A DNA stretch of 64,000 bases, from IMG/VR virus record IMGVR_UViG_3300031867_000031, positions 1 to 64,000 of that record; one strand, written 5' to 3'. Below, in pieces: positions 9,694 to 21,133 of the stretch. A model generated the notes under the pieces. The model ran no database searches, was not told the origin of the DNA, and worked only from the letters and a program-made list of their open reading frames with translations. Made by a program: the position numbers and the translations under genes. How positions within the stretch are numbered: position 1 is the first letter of the stretch; each line of letters opens with the position of its first letter. Origin of the DNA: a virus. Lineage: Duplodnaviria; Caudoviricetes.

Positions 9694-9943
9694 TGTATAT
9701 TTTCAACCACCTTCTAATACTAAACTGTCCTATCCTTGTATCATATACAACCGAAGTAATATAGAGTCTAGGTATGCGAATAATGCTAAGTACAATACCA
9801 GAGTACGATATTCGCTTATGCTCATAGGAAGATCGCCAGAAAGTGAGCTTGTTGAAGAATTATTAAAGCTTCCTTACTGTTCCTATGATAGATTTTATAC
9901 AGCTGATACTTTAAATCACGATACGTTTACTTTATATTATTAA
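9638..9943 (+). CDS. Tail terminator protein
   Basis: NVYFQPP...LSYPCIIY pattern; precedes major tail gene. Confidence 0.65.
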   Translation: MDRRLELQTILENILGSRNVYFQPPSNTKLSYPCIIYNRSNIESRYANNAKYNTRVRYSLMLIGRSPESELVEELLKLPYCSYDRFYTADTLNHDTFTLYY

Positions 9944-9952
9944 GGAGTTAAC

Positions 9953-10639
9953 ATGCCCAATCCTACCTTTGCGATTGAGTGGGACAAAGCCGGTGAGCGT
10001 CTTTATGAGACTGGTGTAGACCGCGTTGTCCTGTATCCAATTCGCGATGCGATTACTGATCCCACTGATCCTTATTCTGCTGGTGTTGCATGGAATGGCG
10101 TTACTTCTATTAGCCAGTCTGCATCCGGTGGCGAGCCTACTCCGTTATGGGCTGACAACCTTAAGTATCTCAACCTGATGAGTGCCGAGGAGGCATCTTT
10201 ATCTATTGAGTGCTATACTTATCCTGATGAGTTTGAGGAGTGCGATGGCTCTCGCGAGATTGTCACTGGCGCTCGCATTGGCCAGCAGGCTCGTAAGATG
10301 TTCGGTCTTTCTTATCGTACGCTTGTCGGTAATGATCAGAAGCAGCAGGAGTTTGGCTATAAGCTGCATATTGTGTACGGTTGTCTTGCTTCGCCTTCTG
10401 AGCGTAGTTATTCTACTGTTAATGATTCTCCTGAGGCGATTAGCTTTAGTTATAGTATTACGACTACGCCGGTCGATGTAACCGGATTTAAGCCTACGTC
10501 TATTATTACTGTTGATAGTACTAAGACTGATACTTCTAAGCTGGCTGCTCTTGAGACTATTCTGTATGGAGCAGCTGGGCAGACCCCGGTTTCCGCCAAG
10601 CTTCCTCTGCCTGCGGAAATTATTACGGCGCTTACGTAA
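9953..10639 (+). CDS. Major tail protein
   Basis: WDKAGERLYETGVDRVVLY, AWNGVT, YTYPDEF, YKLHIVYG motifs; biased high-expression codons. Confidence 0.85.
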   Translation: MPNPTFAIEWDKAGERLYETGVDRVVLYPIRDAITDPTDPYSAGVAWNGVTSISQSASGGEPTPLWADNLKYLNLMSAEEASLSIECYTYPDEFEECDGSREIVTGARIGQQARKMFGLSYRTLVGNDQKQQEFGYKLHIVYGCLASPSERSYSTVNDSPEAISFSYSITTTPVDVTGFKPTSIITVDSTKTDTSKLAALETILYGAAGQTPVSAKLPLPAEIITALT

Positions 10640-10685
10640 TAATATTTTTATAGATATGTTGGACTCTTGAAAGGAACAATAGAAA

Positions 10686-11126
10686 ATGCTTAAGAAAACT
10701 ATTACCTATGAAGACTATAATGGTGATACAGTTACTGATGATTTCTATTTCAACCTTACTAAAGTCGAATGCATGGAGTTAGAGTATAGTTTTGGTGCGA
10801 ATAATACGTTGACCAATACTATTACAACATTAGTAGAATCAAACGATGTTGGCGCACTTATTGCGGCAATTAAGAAAATTCTACTAATGTCTTATGGCAT
10901 AAAAACTCCAGATGGAAAACGTTTCATTAAGAATGACTCTATTCGAGAAGAGTTTGAGCAGTCGCCTGCCTTTGAGAAAATTTATTGGGATTTGGTTACA
11001 AATCAGGATGAGGCTGCAAGTTTTATTAGTGGAATTGTTCCACAAAACGTTCGCGATAGTCTTGGGGCAGATCCTAAGCAGGCACTTCTTGATCGAATGC
11101 AGCAGTCTTTAAATGAGACCAAGTAA
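10686..11126 (+). CDS. Tail assembly chaperone
   Basis: MLKKTITYEDYNG...FYFNL; between major tail and tape measure genes. Confidence 0.65.
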   Translation: MLKKTITYEDYNGDTVTDDFYFNLTKVECMELEYSFGANNTLTNTITTLVESNDVGALIAAIKKILLMSYGIKTPDGKRFIKNDSIREEFEQSPAFEKIYWDLVTNQDEAASFISGIVPQNVRDSLGADPKQALLDRMQQSLNETK

Positions 11127-11148
11127 GTATTAATTATGGGAGGAGAGA

Positions 11149-11685
11149 ATGCTTCAAATTATCGTTCCTGGACGAGAATTATTTGATGAGGACACATTAA
11201 CGTTTACTCAAACTTCTGATACTTGTCTAAAATTGGAGCATTCTCTCCTTTCCATTTCAAAATGGGAGTCAAAGTGGTGTAAACCATTTTTGGGACGGGA
11301 ATCGCATAGTCCAACTGAGATGCTCGATTACATAAGATGTATGACATTGAATTCTGTTCCGAAAGAAGTTTACAATGCTTTGACTGAAGAAAACATGCGG
11401 GCTATATCTGACTATATAAATAGTCCGATGAGTGCTAGTAAAGTGTACACATCAGCGCCTAATACTGGTAAAAAAGAAACTGTTACCTCCGAATTGATTT
11501 ATTATTGGATGGTAACATATCAGATACCATTCGAATGTGAAAAGTGGCACATCAACCGTTTACTCATGCTCATTCAAATTTGCAATGCTAAAAACAATAC
11601 TAAGAAAATGAGTAGACAGGAAATATTAGCACAAAATAGAGCTCTGAACAAGGCTAGACGTAAAGCTCTTCATACGAAAGGTTAG
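11149..11685 (+). CDS. Tail assembly chaperone-like protein
   Basis: LEHSLLSISKWESKW, TSELIYYWM, KWHINRL motifs; position. Confidence 0.55.
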   Translation: MLQIIVPGRELFDEDTLTFTQTSDTCLKLEHSLLSISKWESKWCKPFLGRESHSPTEMLDYIRCMTLNSVPKEVYNALTEENMRAISDYINSPMSASKVYTSAPNTGKKETVTSELIYYWMVTYQIPFECEKWHINRLLMLIQICNAKNNTKKMSRQEILAQNRALNKARRKALHTKG

Positions 11686-11692
11686 TTTTGGT

Positions 11693-12073
11693 ATGATTAG
11701 AATTACTACTAAAGGCGATTTTAAAAACACCGAAGCATACCTAAACAAGCTAAAAGATACTAATCGAATAATTAGTATTTTAAATAAGTATGGTGAACGC
11801 GGAGTTGAGCTATTGCGAATAGCTACGCCTGTAGATAGTGGACAAACAGCTTCTTCTTGGGGGTACGAAATCGTTTCGAATGGCGATGAACATTCCATAC
11901 AATTTACTAATAGCAACGTTAATCGTGGTGTTAATATTGCTATAATTTTGCAGTATGGACATGGAACTCGCAATGGCGGTTATGTCCAAGGTCGAGATTA
12001 TATCAATCCAGCAATTCGTCAGGCATTTGATGAAATGCGCGATGAATTAGTTAGGGAGGTTCAGCGTATATGA
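11693..12073 (+). CDS. HK97 gp10-like neck/tail completion protein
   Basis: ATPVDSGQTASSW, LQYGHGT, YINPAI motifs. Confidence 0.7.
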   Translation: MIRITTKGDFKNTEAYLNKLKDTNRIISILNKYGERGVELLRIATPVDSGQTASSWGYEIVSNGDEHSIQFTNSNVNRGVNIAIILQYGHGTRNGGYVQGRDYINPAIRQAFDEMRDELVREVQRI

Positions 12074-15000
12074 GCGGTGTTATTGATACTAATGTTGTTA
12101 AAATGGTGTTTGAAAGCGCCGGCTTTGTGCAAAACGCTGAAAGCACTCTGTCTATACTGGATAGATTAAAGGGCGCTTTAAATTTTAAAGGCGCTGTTCA
12201 AGGATTAGAGAATATTGGTGCCAATGTTAAAAATATTGGCATGGATGGTCTTTATACAGGTGTTTATAAAGTACAAGACAGTTTTAATGTTTTAGATGTT
12301 GTAGCTACTCGAGTTATTCAAAATATTACAGATCGTGTTCAAGGAGCAGTTCATCAATTAGCAACTGCCGCTATTACTAAGCCGCTTAAAGACGGCTTTT
12401 CAGAGTATGAATTACAGATGAACTCGGTTCAGACGATAACGGCAAGTACTGGAGAGTCTATTGCATCAGTCAATGGATATTTGGATAAACTAAACGAGTA
12501 TGCTGACAAAACAATATATTCGTTTTCTGACATGACTACCAATATTGGTAAATTTACCAATGCTGGTGTAAAACTTGATAGAGCTGTTGCTGCAATCCAG
12601 GGTATTAGTAATGTCGCAGCTGTTTCTGGTGCTAATACTAATGAAGCATCTCGAGCAATGTATAACTTTGCTCAGGCTTTATCAGCTGGATCAGTAAAAT
12701 TAATTGACTGGAAGTCTATCGAGAATGCTAACATGGCGACGGTAGAATTTAAGAACCAGTTAATTAATACAGCTGTTGCAATGGGTACCCTTACAAAAAA
12801 GGGTGACGAATACGTTTCTACGACTAAAAACGCAAATGGTAAAACGTCTGAAGCATTTACTGCTACAAAAAACTTTAACGATTCTCTTCAATCACAATGG
12901 ATGACAGAAGAAGTTCTTGTTCAAACTCTCGAGCAATATTCTACTGACGTCCGAGAAATGACTGCTGAAGAAGAAAAAGCATATCGTGCTAAATTAATGA
13001 GTATCTATGGCGATGAGAAAAAAGTTGATTCGATTATTGAGTTAGCTAAGAAAGCAGCCAACGCTGCAAAAGACGTTAAAACATTTTCTCAGCTTATCGA
13101 TACTTTGAAAGAATCATTAGGTTCCGGATGGACTAAAACATGGCAGTATATATTTGGCGATCTTAATGAAGCTAAAGCTTTATGGACTGGCATAAATAAT
13201 GTTTTAAGTGGTTTTATTGACAAAGTATCTGATTCCAGAAATTCTATGCTTGAGACGTGGCATAAATCTGGTTATACTCTTAATAAGTACGGCGAAGTAA
13301 TAAAGGCGTACTATGATTCCGAGGGTAAACTAGTAGATAAATTACCAGAAAATGGTAAGCTATTTGACAAACATGGTAAAGAAGTTAAAGCTGTTGTAGA
13401 TGAAGAGACCAAAGAGATAGTTCCCGAATTAATTAAGAATGGTAAAATGATTCGGGAAGAAATGGGCGGTAGAGATTTTCTCATTGAGGGATTAAAAAAT
13501 GATTACAACGTGTTTGCAACTATTGCTAAGCAATTCACTAAATCGTTAGATAAAAACTTTTTTGGCGATGGCAAACAGTTACGTAATATTTCTATTACTG
13601 GGCAGACTCTTATTAGTCTTAGCGAAGCTTTTTATGATAGTAGTATAGCATTTAATAATGCTTGGACTAAAATGAAAAAGGGTAAGCCACAAGGATTGCT
13701 GAAAGAGCTTAGAGATAGTTTTGATTCCTTTACTAGTTCTTTACGAACGGGTGTCGAATCTGTTTCTGACATATTTTCTGGATTGGGTAATATTTTTAAA
13801 GCTTTTAAGTTATCGGACTTTTTCAATATTGGAACTCTTGATAGCATTATTAAATACTTTTCAGGTTTTGTTGGCGTATTAGATCGCTTTGGAGAAGCGT
13901 TCAAAGAGAATTTCGGAAATGATGCGCTTGGACTTAATAAAAGTGGGCTGATAACGTTCTTTAATGCGATAGTCGATACTTTAGAGTCAAAAGCGTTTAT
14001 TAAATTAGATTTAATGGTGGGCATTTTTGACGCGTTAGGTTCGGTTCTTCAACACATAATTGCTCCTTTTGGGACATTTTCTCAGATTTTGGGCAACGTT
14101 AGTTCAAAATGGATTGATTTTGTTGATGCTATTGAGAATGTGTTTTATGACAAGGACGAATCTAAATTTGAAAGTCTTTTTAAGACTTTAGCAGATAGCC
14201 TTAATCAATTTATTAACACTCTTAAAGATAAAGTTGATTTTTCTGCTTTTTCGGATCTGTTTGATTCGATAATAAAGATGATAAACAATAATGATACTAC
14301 TATATTTGGAATCATTGCCGATTCCATAACTAGTATAACAAATGTGATAAAAACTTTCCTAGGCATTGCTTCACCATTGACAGCAGCACTTGCGAAAATG
14401 CTTGGGCCATTTTTAGGAGATGCTGTACGTTGGATCAGTGATCTTGCTGCTCGATTTGAAGATTTTACAGCTTCTTTAGTTCCAAATAGTAAAGTAATTA
14501 AAGGCTTGCAAACACTATTTGAAGGTATTTTTAGCGTTTTAAGCTCTGTTGCAAATTTGATTGGTGATGTTGTTATCGGCGCTTGGGATGCTTTAGGGTC
14601 CATATTTAAAGACATACTTCCTACCGATATGGCGCTTAGCGATACTCTTACCGGAGTTGGCGATACTCTTAAAACCGTGTCTAAAATAATAGATACGTTT
14701 GTCAGCGGTGATGGTGCGCCAAAGCTATCTGACGTCATTAAAAAAATGGGCGAAAGATTTGGCGATTTGTTAAAAACAATCGGTAATGTTAATCCGCTTG
14801 AAAAATTACGTGACGTTTTTGTTAAATTGGGTGATGGCATTAAACATGCTCTTGGCGGAAGCAAGGACATGAGCCTTCTTGACACCATAACCGAAAAGAT
14901 AAAGAAGTTTTTACAGTCATTCAAAGACATGATTTCTGATAGTAATGGTAACTTAGATGCAGTAAAGTTATTTGAAGCCGGCGGAATAGGTTACGGCATA

Positions 15001-17664
15001 AAGAAACTTATCGATCTTTTCAAAGAACTTAAAAGTGGTACTGGTAATTTAAAGGGCGTCCTTACTATTATTAGTGATTTTAAACAAATTCTTGAGGATT
15101 TCGTCGAATCACTCGGCGATAAATTCAAAGCTGAAGTTATTAAAGCTGTCGGTGTCGCAATGCTTGAAGTTGCTGGCGCCATGTTTATTTTGTCTATGAT
15201 AGATTCTGGTGCATTAGCAAAATCTATTGCAGCAATGATGACGATTTTTAGAGAAATTGAACGAATTCTCGTAATTCTAAGCTCTTTAGATAAAGGTAAG
15301 GTTGCCGCTGGAGCAGCTGCAATAGGAGCAATGGGTACTGCTATACTCGAATTATCTGCGGCTATTGCCATTCTTGGTGGCATGGAGCTTGGCTCTATGG
15401 TACAAGGATTAGTAGGCGTAAGTATATTATTAGGAGAGCTTACCGCGGTTGCTTATGCATTTTCCAAGTTTGATAATGATTTAGCAAAGGGCGCTGCTGG
15501 ATTAGTTTTATTAGCATTTGCTCTTGATTTATTGGTTATTCCAGTTAAATCGTTTAGTAAACTTTCTTGGGAAAATTTGATAAAAGGTTTACTAGGTGTA
15601 ACCGTGTTGTTAGGCGGATTAGTGCTCGCGGTCGATAAAATGGCCGATAAAACTGAAAACATGGTTAAAGCTGGTATTGGTATATTACTCATATCAAAGG
15701 GTATTGGAATACTTGCTAAAGCAGTTGTTGCAATAAGTGGACTTTCTTGGGAAGGATTATCGAAGGGTCTAGCGGTTTTCGCGGTTTCATTAGTTGCTAT
15801 GGTTAAAGCAGCACAAGTTATATCTGATGGCAATCTTGCACCATCTTTATTAGCTCTTGGCGGAGCTATGATGATGCTTGGAGTCGCTATGAATTTTCTT
15901 GCTGCTGCTGGCATAGTGATGATGGCAGTATCGTGGGAAAGTTTAGGCAAGATGGCTGCTGTTCTCGCCGGTGCTTTAATTATGCTGGGAGCAGCTTCAT
16001 ATTTGATAAATGGTCCAAATTTATTAATGGTCGCTGGAGCAATAGCACTAGTGGCTACTGCATTTCTTGAGCTTAATGCTGCCGTTGGTATTGCACAAAT
16101 TGTCGGACCACTATGCACATCTATTGGGTTAGCTATTGAGGGTATGAGCTCTTCATTACAGTCTTTCGCCAGAAGTGAAGCGGCAAATGCTTTCCTATCA
16201 TTCTTGGAGAATGCTATATTATTCCTTCCGAAGCTAGCCGTTGGTTTGGCGAAAGCAATAATTGCACTGATCGTTGAACTTGGTAATGGAATTGCACAAA
16301 TTGTTAGTTCCATTGTCAAAATAGGCAAAGCAATCCTAGTCGGTATTGCTACCTTGATATCTGAAACTAGCGGTCTTATCATAAAGACCATTGTGCAATT
16401 AGGTAAAGACATACTTCAGGGAATCGGTGCATTACTTCCCGACATATTTAATCTTATTGCGCAGGCTCTTAGTCAAATACTTATATTCTTAGTCACAATG
16501 ACGCCTCGAATAGCTGCGGCAGCATTAGTAATGCTCGAGCAATTTATGGCAATAATGACTACGCATATACCGGTTATTGCAAATCTTGGTATGGAAATGG
16601 TAATTGCATTTATTAATGGTTTGGCAAATGCAATTGACACCAACAGTGATGCTCTTCTCGCTGCTGTGCAACACCTTATTACATCATTAGTCATGTTCTT
16701 GCTCAATTCTGCGGGAATGCTATTTGAAACGGCCGGAACATTAATATCTACATTTATATCTGGCATATTTGCTCAATCTGGTTCTGTTTCCGGTAGTGGT
16801 TCTTCAATTATAGCGTCATTAGTTGGAGCACTACTCGGCGGTGCTGGTAAGGTTATATCTTCGGCATTCTTACTTATGGGCAACTTTGTAAAATCTATAG
16901 TGCAGCGAATACCACAAGTTGCGTCCGCTGCAGGACAGATGATTTCAAGATTTGTATCTGGAATAGCAGCAAAAGCAGGCAGTGTTATTTCTGCTGGAGC
17001 GAATCTAATCAGTAAGGTTAAAGCTGGTATATCAAGAGGCATCGGTTCCTTATACAGTTCTGGAGCAAATGCAATACAAGGCTTTATTAATGGTATGACT
17101 AGTAAAGCTGGTGCGATTTGGAGTACGGCTGCATCGCTAGCCCAAAGTGCATGGAATGCTGTTAGAAAAAAGCTCAAAGAGCATTCACCGTCTCGAGTGA
17201 TGTTTGCAAGTGGCGTTAACTTTGCTCAGGGTTTTATTAATGGTTCTCAATCAAAGAATTCGGACATAGATAAGAACTCGAAAGCTCTCGTTGATACAGC
17301 AATGCATGCTTTTGATAAAGCTAATACTACCGAGCATGAATTTAGTATTACTCCAGTTATCGATGACTCTAAGATGGCTAATTCTAGTGCCTTTATGACA
17401 TTAAGTAATTTGTCAGTTCCGGACAATATTTCCGTAACTTATAACTTATCAAACATTGACAATTTGTTAAAAGATTCTGTTAATACTCAAAAAAGTTTAT
17501 ATTCATTGTTGTCCAGCGCAAATTTAGGTATTGATTACAATAAGCTCGGTGAGTCGCTAGCTAAATCGTTAATCAATTCTGGGCTACACGTTCAGATGGA
17601 TGGCGGACAGCTTATGGGTTATCTTGCTGGTGAAATCCGCGACGCTCGTCGCATGTACGGTTAG
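12070..17664 (+). CDS. Tape measure protein
   Basis: 1864 aa, helical, hydrophobic Ala/Gly-rich C-terminal half; tape-measure N-terminal domain (YADKTIYSFSDMT). Confidence 0.92.
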   Translation: MSGVIDTNVVKMVFESAGFVQNAESTLSILDRLKGALNFKGAVQGLENIGANVKNIGMDGLYTGVYKVQDSFNVLDVVATRVIQNITDRVQGAVHQLATAAITKPLKDGFSEYELQMNSVQTITASTGESIASVNGYLDKLNEYADKTIYSFSDMTTNIGKFTNAGVKLDRAVAAIQGISNVAAVSGANTNEASRAMYNFAQALSAGSVKLIDWKSIENANMATVEFKNQLINTAVAMGTLTKKGDEYVSTTKNANGKTSEAFTATKNFNDSLQSQWMTEEVLVQTLEQYSTDVREMTAEEEKAYRAKLMSIYGDEKKVDSIIELAKKAANAAKDVKTFSQLIDTLKESLGSGWTKTWQYIFGDLNEAKALWTGINNVLSGFIDKVSDSRNSMLETWHKSGYTLNKYGEVIKAYYDSEGKLVDKLPENGKLFDKHGKEVKAVVDEETKEIVPELIKNGKMIREEMGGRDFLIEGLKNDYNVFATIAKQFTKSLDKNFFGDGKQLRNISITGQTLISLSEAFYDSSIAFNNAWTKMKKGKPQGLLKELRDSFDSFTSSLRTGVESVSDIFSGLGNIFKAFKLSDFFNIGTLDSIIKYFSGFVGVLDRFGEAFKENFGNDALGLNKSGLITFFNAIVDTLESKAFIKLDLMVGIFDALGSVLQHIIAPFGTFSQILGNVSSKWIDFVDAIENVFYDKDESKFESLFKTLADSLNQFINTLKDKVDFSAFSDLFDSIIKMINNNDTTIFGIIADSITSITNVIKTFLGIASPLTAALAKMLGPFLGDAVRWISDLAARFEDFTASLVPNSKVIKGLQTLFEGIFSVLSSVANLIGDVVIGAWDALGSIFKDILPTDMALSDTLTGVGDTLKTVSKIIDTFVSGDGAPKLSDVIKKMGERFGDLLKTIGNVNPLEKLRDVFVKLGDGIKHALGGSKDMSLLDTITEKIKKFLQSFKDMISDSNGNLDAVKLFEAGGIGYGIKKLIDLFKELKSGTGNLKGVLTIISDFKQILEDFVESLGDKFKAEVIKAVGVAMLEVAGAMFILSMIDSGALAKSIAAMMTIFREIERILVILSSLDKGKVAAGAAAIGAMGTAILELSAAIAILGGMELGSMVQGLVGVSILLGELTAVAYAFSKFDNDLAKGAAGLVLLAFALDLLVIPVKSFSKLSWENLIKGLLGVTVLLGGLVLAVDKMADKTENMVKAGIGILLISKGIGILAKAVVAISGLSWEGLSKGLAVFAVSLVAMVKAAQVISDGNLAPSLLALGGAMMMLGVAMNFLAAAGIVMMAVSWESLGKMAAVLAGALIMLGAASYLINGPNLLMVAGAIALVATAFLELNAAVGIAQIVGPLCTSIGLAIEGMSSSLQSFARSEAANAFLSFLENAILFLPKLAVGLAKAIIALIVELGNGIAQIVSSIVKIGKAILVGIATLISETSGLIIKTIVQLGKDILQGIGALLPDIFNLIAQALSQILIFLVTMTPRIAAAALVMLEQFMAIMTTHIPVIANLGMEMVIAFINGLANAIDTNSDALLAAVQHLITSLVMFLLNSAGMLFETAGTLISTFISGIFAQSGSVSGSGSSIIASLVGALLGGAGKVISSAFLLMGNFVKSIVQRIPQVASAAGQMISRFVSGIAAKAGSVISAGANLISKVKAGISRGIGSLYSSGANAIQGFINGMTSKAGAIWSTAASLAQSAWNAVRKKLKEHSPSRVMFASGVNFAQGFINGSQSKNSDIDKNSKALVDTAMHAFDKANTTEHEFSITPVIDDSKMANSSAFMTLSNLSVPDNISVTYNLSNIDNLLKDSVNTQKSLYSLLSSANLGIDYNKLGESLAKSLINSGLHVQMDGGQLMGYLAGEIRDARRMYG

Positions 17665-17672
17665 GAGATGGT

Positions 17673-20039
17673 ATGGCTGGGCCTACTGAGGGCACTTACG
17701 TCATTGTTTCGGTTGGCGCATCCAAGGCCGTTGACGTGAAAGGTGCTAGCGATAAGAGCGGAACGAATGTTCAGACATGGGACCACACTGGTTCAGACGC
17801 TCAAATTTGGGCGTTTACTAAACCGGACAGCGTCTATTGGCAAATTTATTGCTCGCTTACTGGTAAATGTCTGGACATTCAAAATAGTAAGGTAACTGCT
17901 GGAACAAACGTGCGTCAGTGGAGTGACGACAACTCGAATGACCAGCGATGGAACGTTCAGGCCGATGGAAAGACTTGGACATACAAGGGAACGTCATATT
18001 CGACATATATATTCAAGCCGTCGACAAACTCCAATCTCGCGATGGCGGTTGCCGGAAATTCTACGACACGAGGCGCAAACATTCAGATAGCCAATGTGTC
18101 ATCGTCGAGCAACTTCCAACGATGGATTATGGTACCGGTCGAGGTTTTAACCGAAGCAGGATGCTACAACATCGTTCTTGCGGCTGATCCAAAAATGTGT
18201 GCTGATATTGCCGGAGGTTCGACCGCGAATTCTGCGAGTCTTATTGTAGAAACACTTAATGAAACGTCTGAAAGTCAGATATTTAGAGCGCAGGTTAATT
18301 CTCAGAGTAAACTTGTGAAGCTGATTAATGTTAAGTCCGGAAAAGCTTTGGATATTTACAAGGGTAGCACCAAAGCTGGAACCAACATTATTCAGTACAC
18401 TATTAGCAATAACAACAATCAGAATTGGCTTATCTATCCGAATGGCACCGTATCCATCGATGGGCAGACAACTCCTACGTATGAAGTTCGTGCCCAAATC
18501 GGCAACAATCTTACTATGGATTGTCAGGGCGGTGGAAAAACGGCTAAAACAAAGATCGAAACATGGACAAGGACTAATGGCATTAACCAGAGGTTTGCTT
18601 TTGTTAAAGCCGAACTTTCTGGAAATGATATTCCGCAACCTGGTCAGATTGATCAGCGGTCGTTTAGTCGCGATGGATACGGTGCTGTTTCGGTTAGTGG
18701 GTTGACATTTAGCTCAACCGAGACTGCGTTTCAAGCTCGTTATAAGGTTCGTACATATACTCGAGCAAAGCAGAGCTATACGGATTCTGCTTGGATGAGT
18801 GTTGACGACGATTCGACTGCTCGTTCTGGCTGGGGCGATGCTTGGGCTCCAGCATTTACCGGAACTCCTTCTGGCGGAAAGATTAGTATTCCGTTCAACA
18901 AGAGTTACGAAATCAGTGATAGTGCTCCTTATATCGATCTGATATTTGAGATTCGAGCGTTCCGTAATAGCTATGGCGCATCCAAGATGAAGGCGCATGG
19001 TCCGTCAAGGCAGACCACAATTTCTCTTACTGCTCGACCTGTTCTCACAATGTCCTCTATTGAGATGGTGAATGATTACGGTAACATTGGCCTTAAGAGC
19101 ACGGTCACGAATGCTTTGACGCAGGACTCGATTTTGCTTAGAGGACGTCTGGTTGATTCTACTGGACTGCCTATCAGCGAATGGACCAGTTCCCCAGACA
19201 TGTACACGATCCATTCTCTTGGTGAATATTTGTACAGGATTCCTGCTCCGGGAGAGGAAGTGACGTACGAGTTTACTTTGGTGAATCTTGACGGTACTCT
19301 TATTTCGCAAAAGTTTACTTCTACGGTAAACTATGGCTCTTCCACCGTGACCGTTACTCCAACAATTTCCTATGTTGAGGACGATACCGGCTGTGCATTT
19401 ATTACAAGTAATAAGCATACAAAAGATTATTGCTACATGGAAGTCGATACGCTTGATGGTATTGTTTGTGAGCCATGTCCAGAGATTACTGTTTCTTCTG
19501 GCCGAAAATGGAAGTGTGCACCGCCTTTGAATCGCGACGTTAACATCGTGGTTGTCGGCAATTCCGGCACGTCCTACGGTGTAGTTAAGAAGACCGTTCG
19601 AGTAAATTCTCATTTTTCGATGTGGAATTGGACGGACCCGGTCGCGCTAGACCATTACGCCGAGTGCGCAATTCTTGCTGTTAATGAGGAAAATCCTCCA
19701 CAGCAAACTCGACATTATATCACAGATCAGTTGTATATTAAGCCTATCGGACGTAGATATCCTGTTGGGTTTGCTAGCAATAATATTACCGCCGATATGA
19801 GTATCGATGCCAATGTTCTGGATGATGATGCAGAGTATATTGCTTCGACTCCATTACCAGAGCATGCTCGCGGTATTTATATTCGCAAGATGCTGACTCT
19901 TAGTGGTCAAGGAATTCATCCAGTTTACAGGACACCTTATGGCGATTGGCACACTGTTGCGATTGAAGAAATTGACTTTTCTAAAAAGGCTCTCGGATAT
20001 TCTAATGTAACAGTTAAGCAGTCGGTTGTGGAGGATTAG
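17673..20039 (+). CDS. Distal-tail-like protein with two N-terminal ricin-B lectin domains
   Basis: QxW repeats (AQIW, DQRW, FQRW, NQNW, NQRF), GKCLDI and GKALDI; first gene after tape measure. Confidence 0.7.
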   Translation: MAGPTEGTYVIVSVGASKAVDVKGASDKSGTNVQTWDHTGSDAQIWAFTKPDSVYWQIYCSLTGKCLDIQNSKVTAGTNVRQWSDDNSNDQRWNVQADGKTWTYKGTSYSTYIFKPSTNSNLAMAVAGNSTTRGANIQIANVSSSSNFQRWIMVPVEVLTEAGCYNIVLAADPKMCADIAGGSTANSASLIVETLNETSESQIFRAQVNSQSKLVKLINVKSGKALDIYKGSTKAGTNIIQYTISNNNNQNWLIYPNGTVSIDGQTTPTYEVRAQIGNNLTMDCQGGGKTAKTKIETWTRTNGINQRFAFVKAELSGNDIPQPGQIDQRSFSRDGYGAVSVSGLTFSSTETAFQARYKVRTYTRAKQSYTDSAWMSVDDDSTARSGWGDAWAPAFTGTPSGGKISIPFNKSYEISDSAPYIDLIFEIRAFRNSYGASKMKAHGPSRQTTISLTARPVLTMSSIEMVNDYGNIGLKSTVTNALTQDSILLRGRLVDSTGLPISEWTSSPDMYTIHSLGEYLYRIPAPGEEVTYEFTLVNLDGTLISQKFTSTVNYGSSTVTVTPTISYVEDDTGCAFITSNKHTKDYCYMEVDTLDGIVCEPCPEITVSSGRKWKCAPPLNRDVNIVVVGNSGTSYGVVKKTVRVNSHFSMWNWTDPVALDHYAECAILAVNEENPPQQTRHYITDQLYIKPIGRRYPVGFASNNITADMSIDANVLDDDAEYIASTPLPEHARGIYIRKMLTLSGQGIHPVYRTPYGDWHTVAIEEIDFSKKALGYSNVTVKQSVVED

Positions 20040-20041
20040 TC

Positions 20042-21127
20042 ATGGACTGGACCATCGCAAACTACAGCTATGACATTACCGTCAGTGTCGTTCACCAAAC
20101 CGACTTGGACAATGTACTTGGCTTTCTAGAGGGTGTTCAGAATAGCGGCATAACCATTACTGAGAACTATGAGTCAGATAGTCGTGTTCAGGCGAAGGTA
20201 TCCACATATGTGAAAGAGGGCGAGAGCGACGGATATGTCGACAATGCTCGTCTTCGCATAAGTATAACCATTCCGTCTGAAGACTGGTATGAAGAACTTG
20301 TAACAGGCTATGTCTCTGATATTTCAGAAACCATTGAACACGGTTATATAAATAGGTCTTACACAATCGAAGGAACTATCTGGGGTCTGCTCGATCATAA
20401 GATTAAAGATCCGATTACCATCGGTAAGGGCGCAAAACTGTTAACAATCTGGACCAATCTCATGAAGTCCCAGACTAAAATGCAGTACACAACTCAAGGC
20501 GCCCAAGACCATTCGTTCGGAAGCACAATCCTGTACGAACCTGGTAGCGACTTAAGCACGGTTTTATTCGAGATATCTGAAGGTTATGATCGAATGGACG
20601 TTGACGGACACGGTCGCGTCACTCTAACCAAGTATATCGCGCCATCCAAGCAGACTCCTTCGATTGTCATAGATGCTCATGATTTGTTTGGCTTAACTGT
20701 TGCGCCAATTAACAAAACTTATAAGAAATGGGAATCTCCTGGTCGAGCAATTGTCACGGCAACTATTTCGAAAGAGCAAAACGGTAAAACCACGCAGGAA
20801 GTTATTGCAGGTTCGTATGATGCTCCTGCGACAGACGATACATCAATCGATGTTCGAGGTTATTTGAAGGCTCGTTCTGATTCATATTCAGGAGCTAGCG
20901 AGAATCCTTCAAAATCGGAACTAGATTCCATAGCTAAGCAGAATTGGGAAGATGCCCAAGATAAGGGAAATGAGTGGACAGCGAGCAGTGTATTTGCGGA
21001 TTACCACGCAGGCATGGTTGCGACGTTCATTCCTCAAGGAGCTGATTCGAGTTGTAAAGTTCTGATAAAGAGCGTAACTACAAATCTCTCCGAATTTACG
21101 CAGGAACTTTCGATGAAAGAGGTTTAA
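20042..21127 (+). CDS. Baseplate hub (Tal/gp27-like) protein
   Basis: Position and size; RMDVDGHGRVTL pattern. Confidence 0.55.
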   Translation: MDWTIANYSYDITVSVVHQTDLDNVLGFLEGVQNSGITITENYESDSRVQAKVSTYVKEGESDGYVDNARLRISITIPSEDWYEELVTGYVSDISETIEHGYINRSYTIEGTIWGLLDHKIKDPITIGKGAKLLTIWTNLMKSQTKMQYTTQGAQDHSFGSTILYEPGSDLSTVLFEISEGYDRMDVDGHGRVTLTKYIAPSKQTPSIVIDAHDLFGLTVAPINKTYKKWESPGRAIVTATISKEQNGKTTQEVIAGSYDAPATDDTSIDVRGYLKARSDSYSGASENPSKSELDSIAKQNWEDAQDKGNEWTASSVFADYHAGMVATFIPQGADSSCKVLIKSVTTNLSEFTQELSMKEV

Positions 21128-21133
21128 TCTCTT

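Noticed and set aside
11100-11149. Programmed frameshift joining the tail chaperones
   Set aside because: No clear slippery heptamer seen; the second gene has its own strong GGAGGAG RBS.
7184-17177. Long minus-strand and alternate-frame ORFs in the track (e.g. 8108-9256, 14205-14930, 15453-16412)
   Set aside because: Shadows of biased-codon + strand genes; no RBS, promoter or recognisable motifs.
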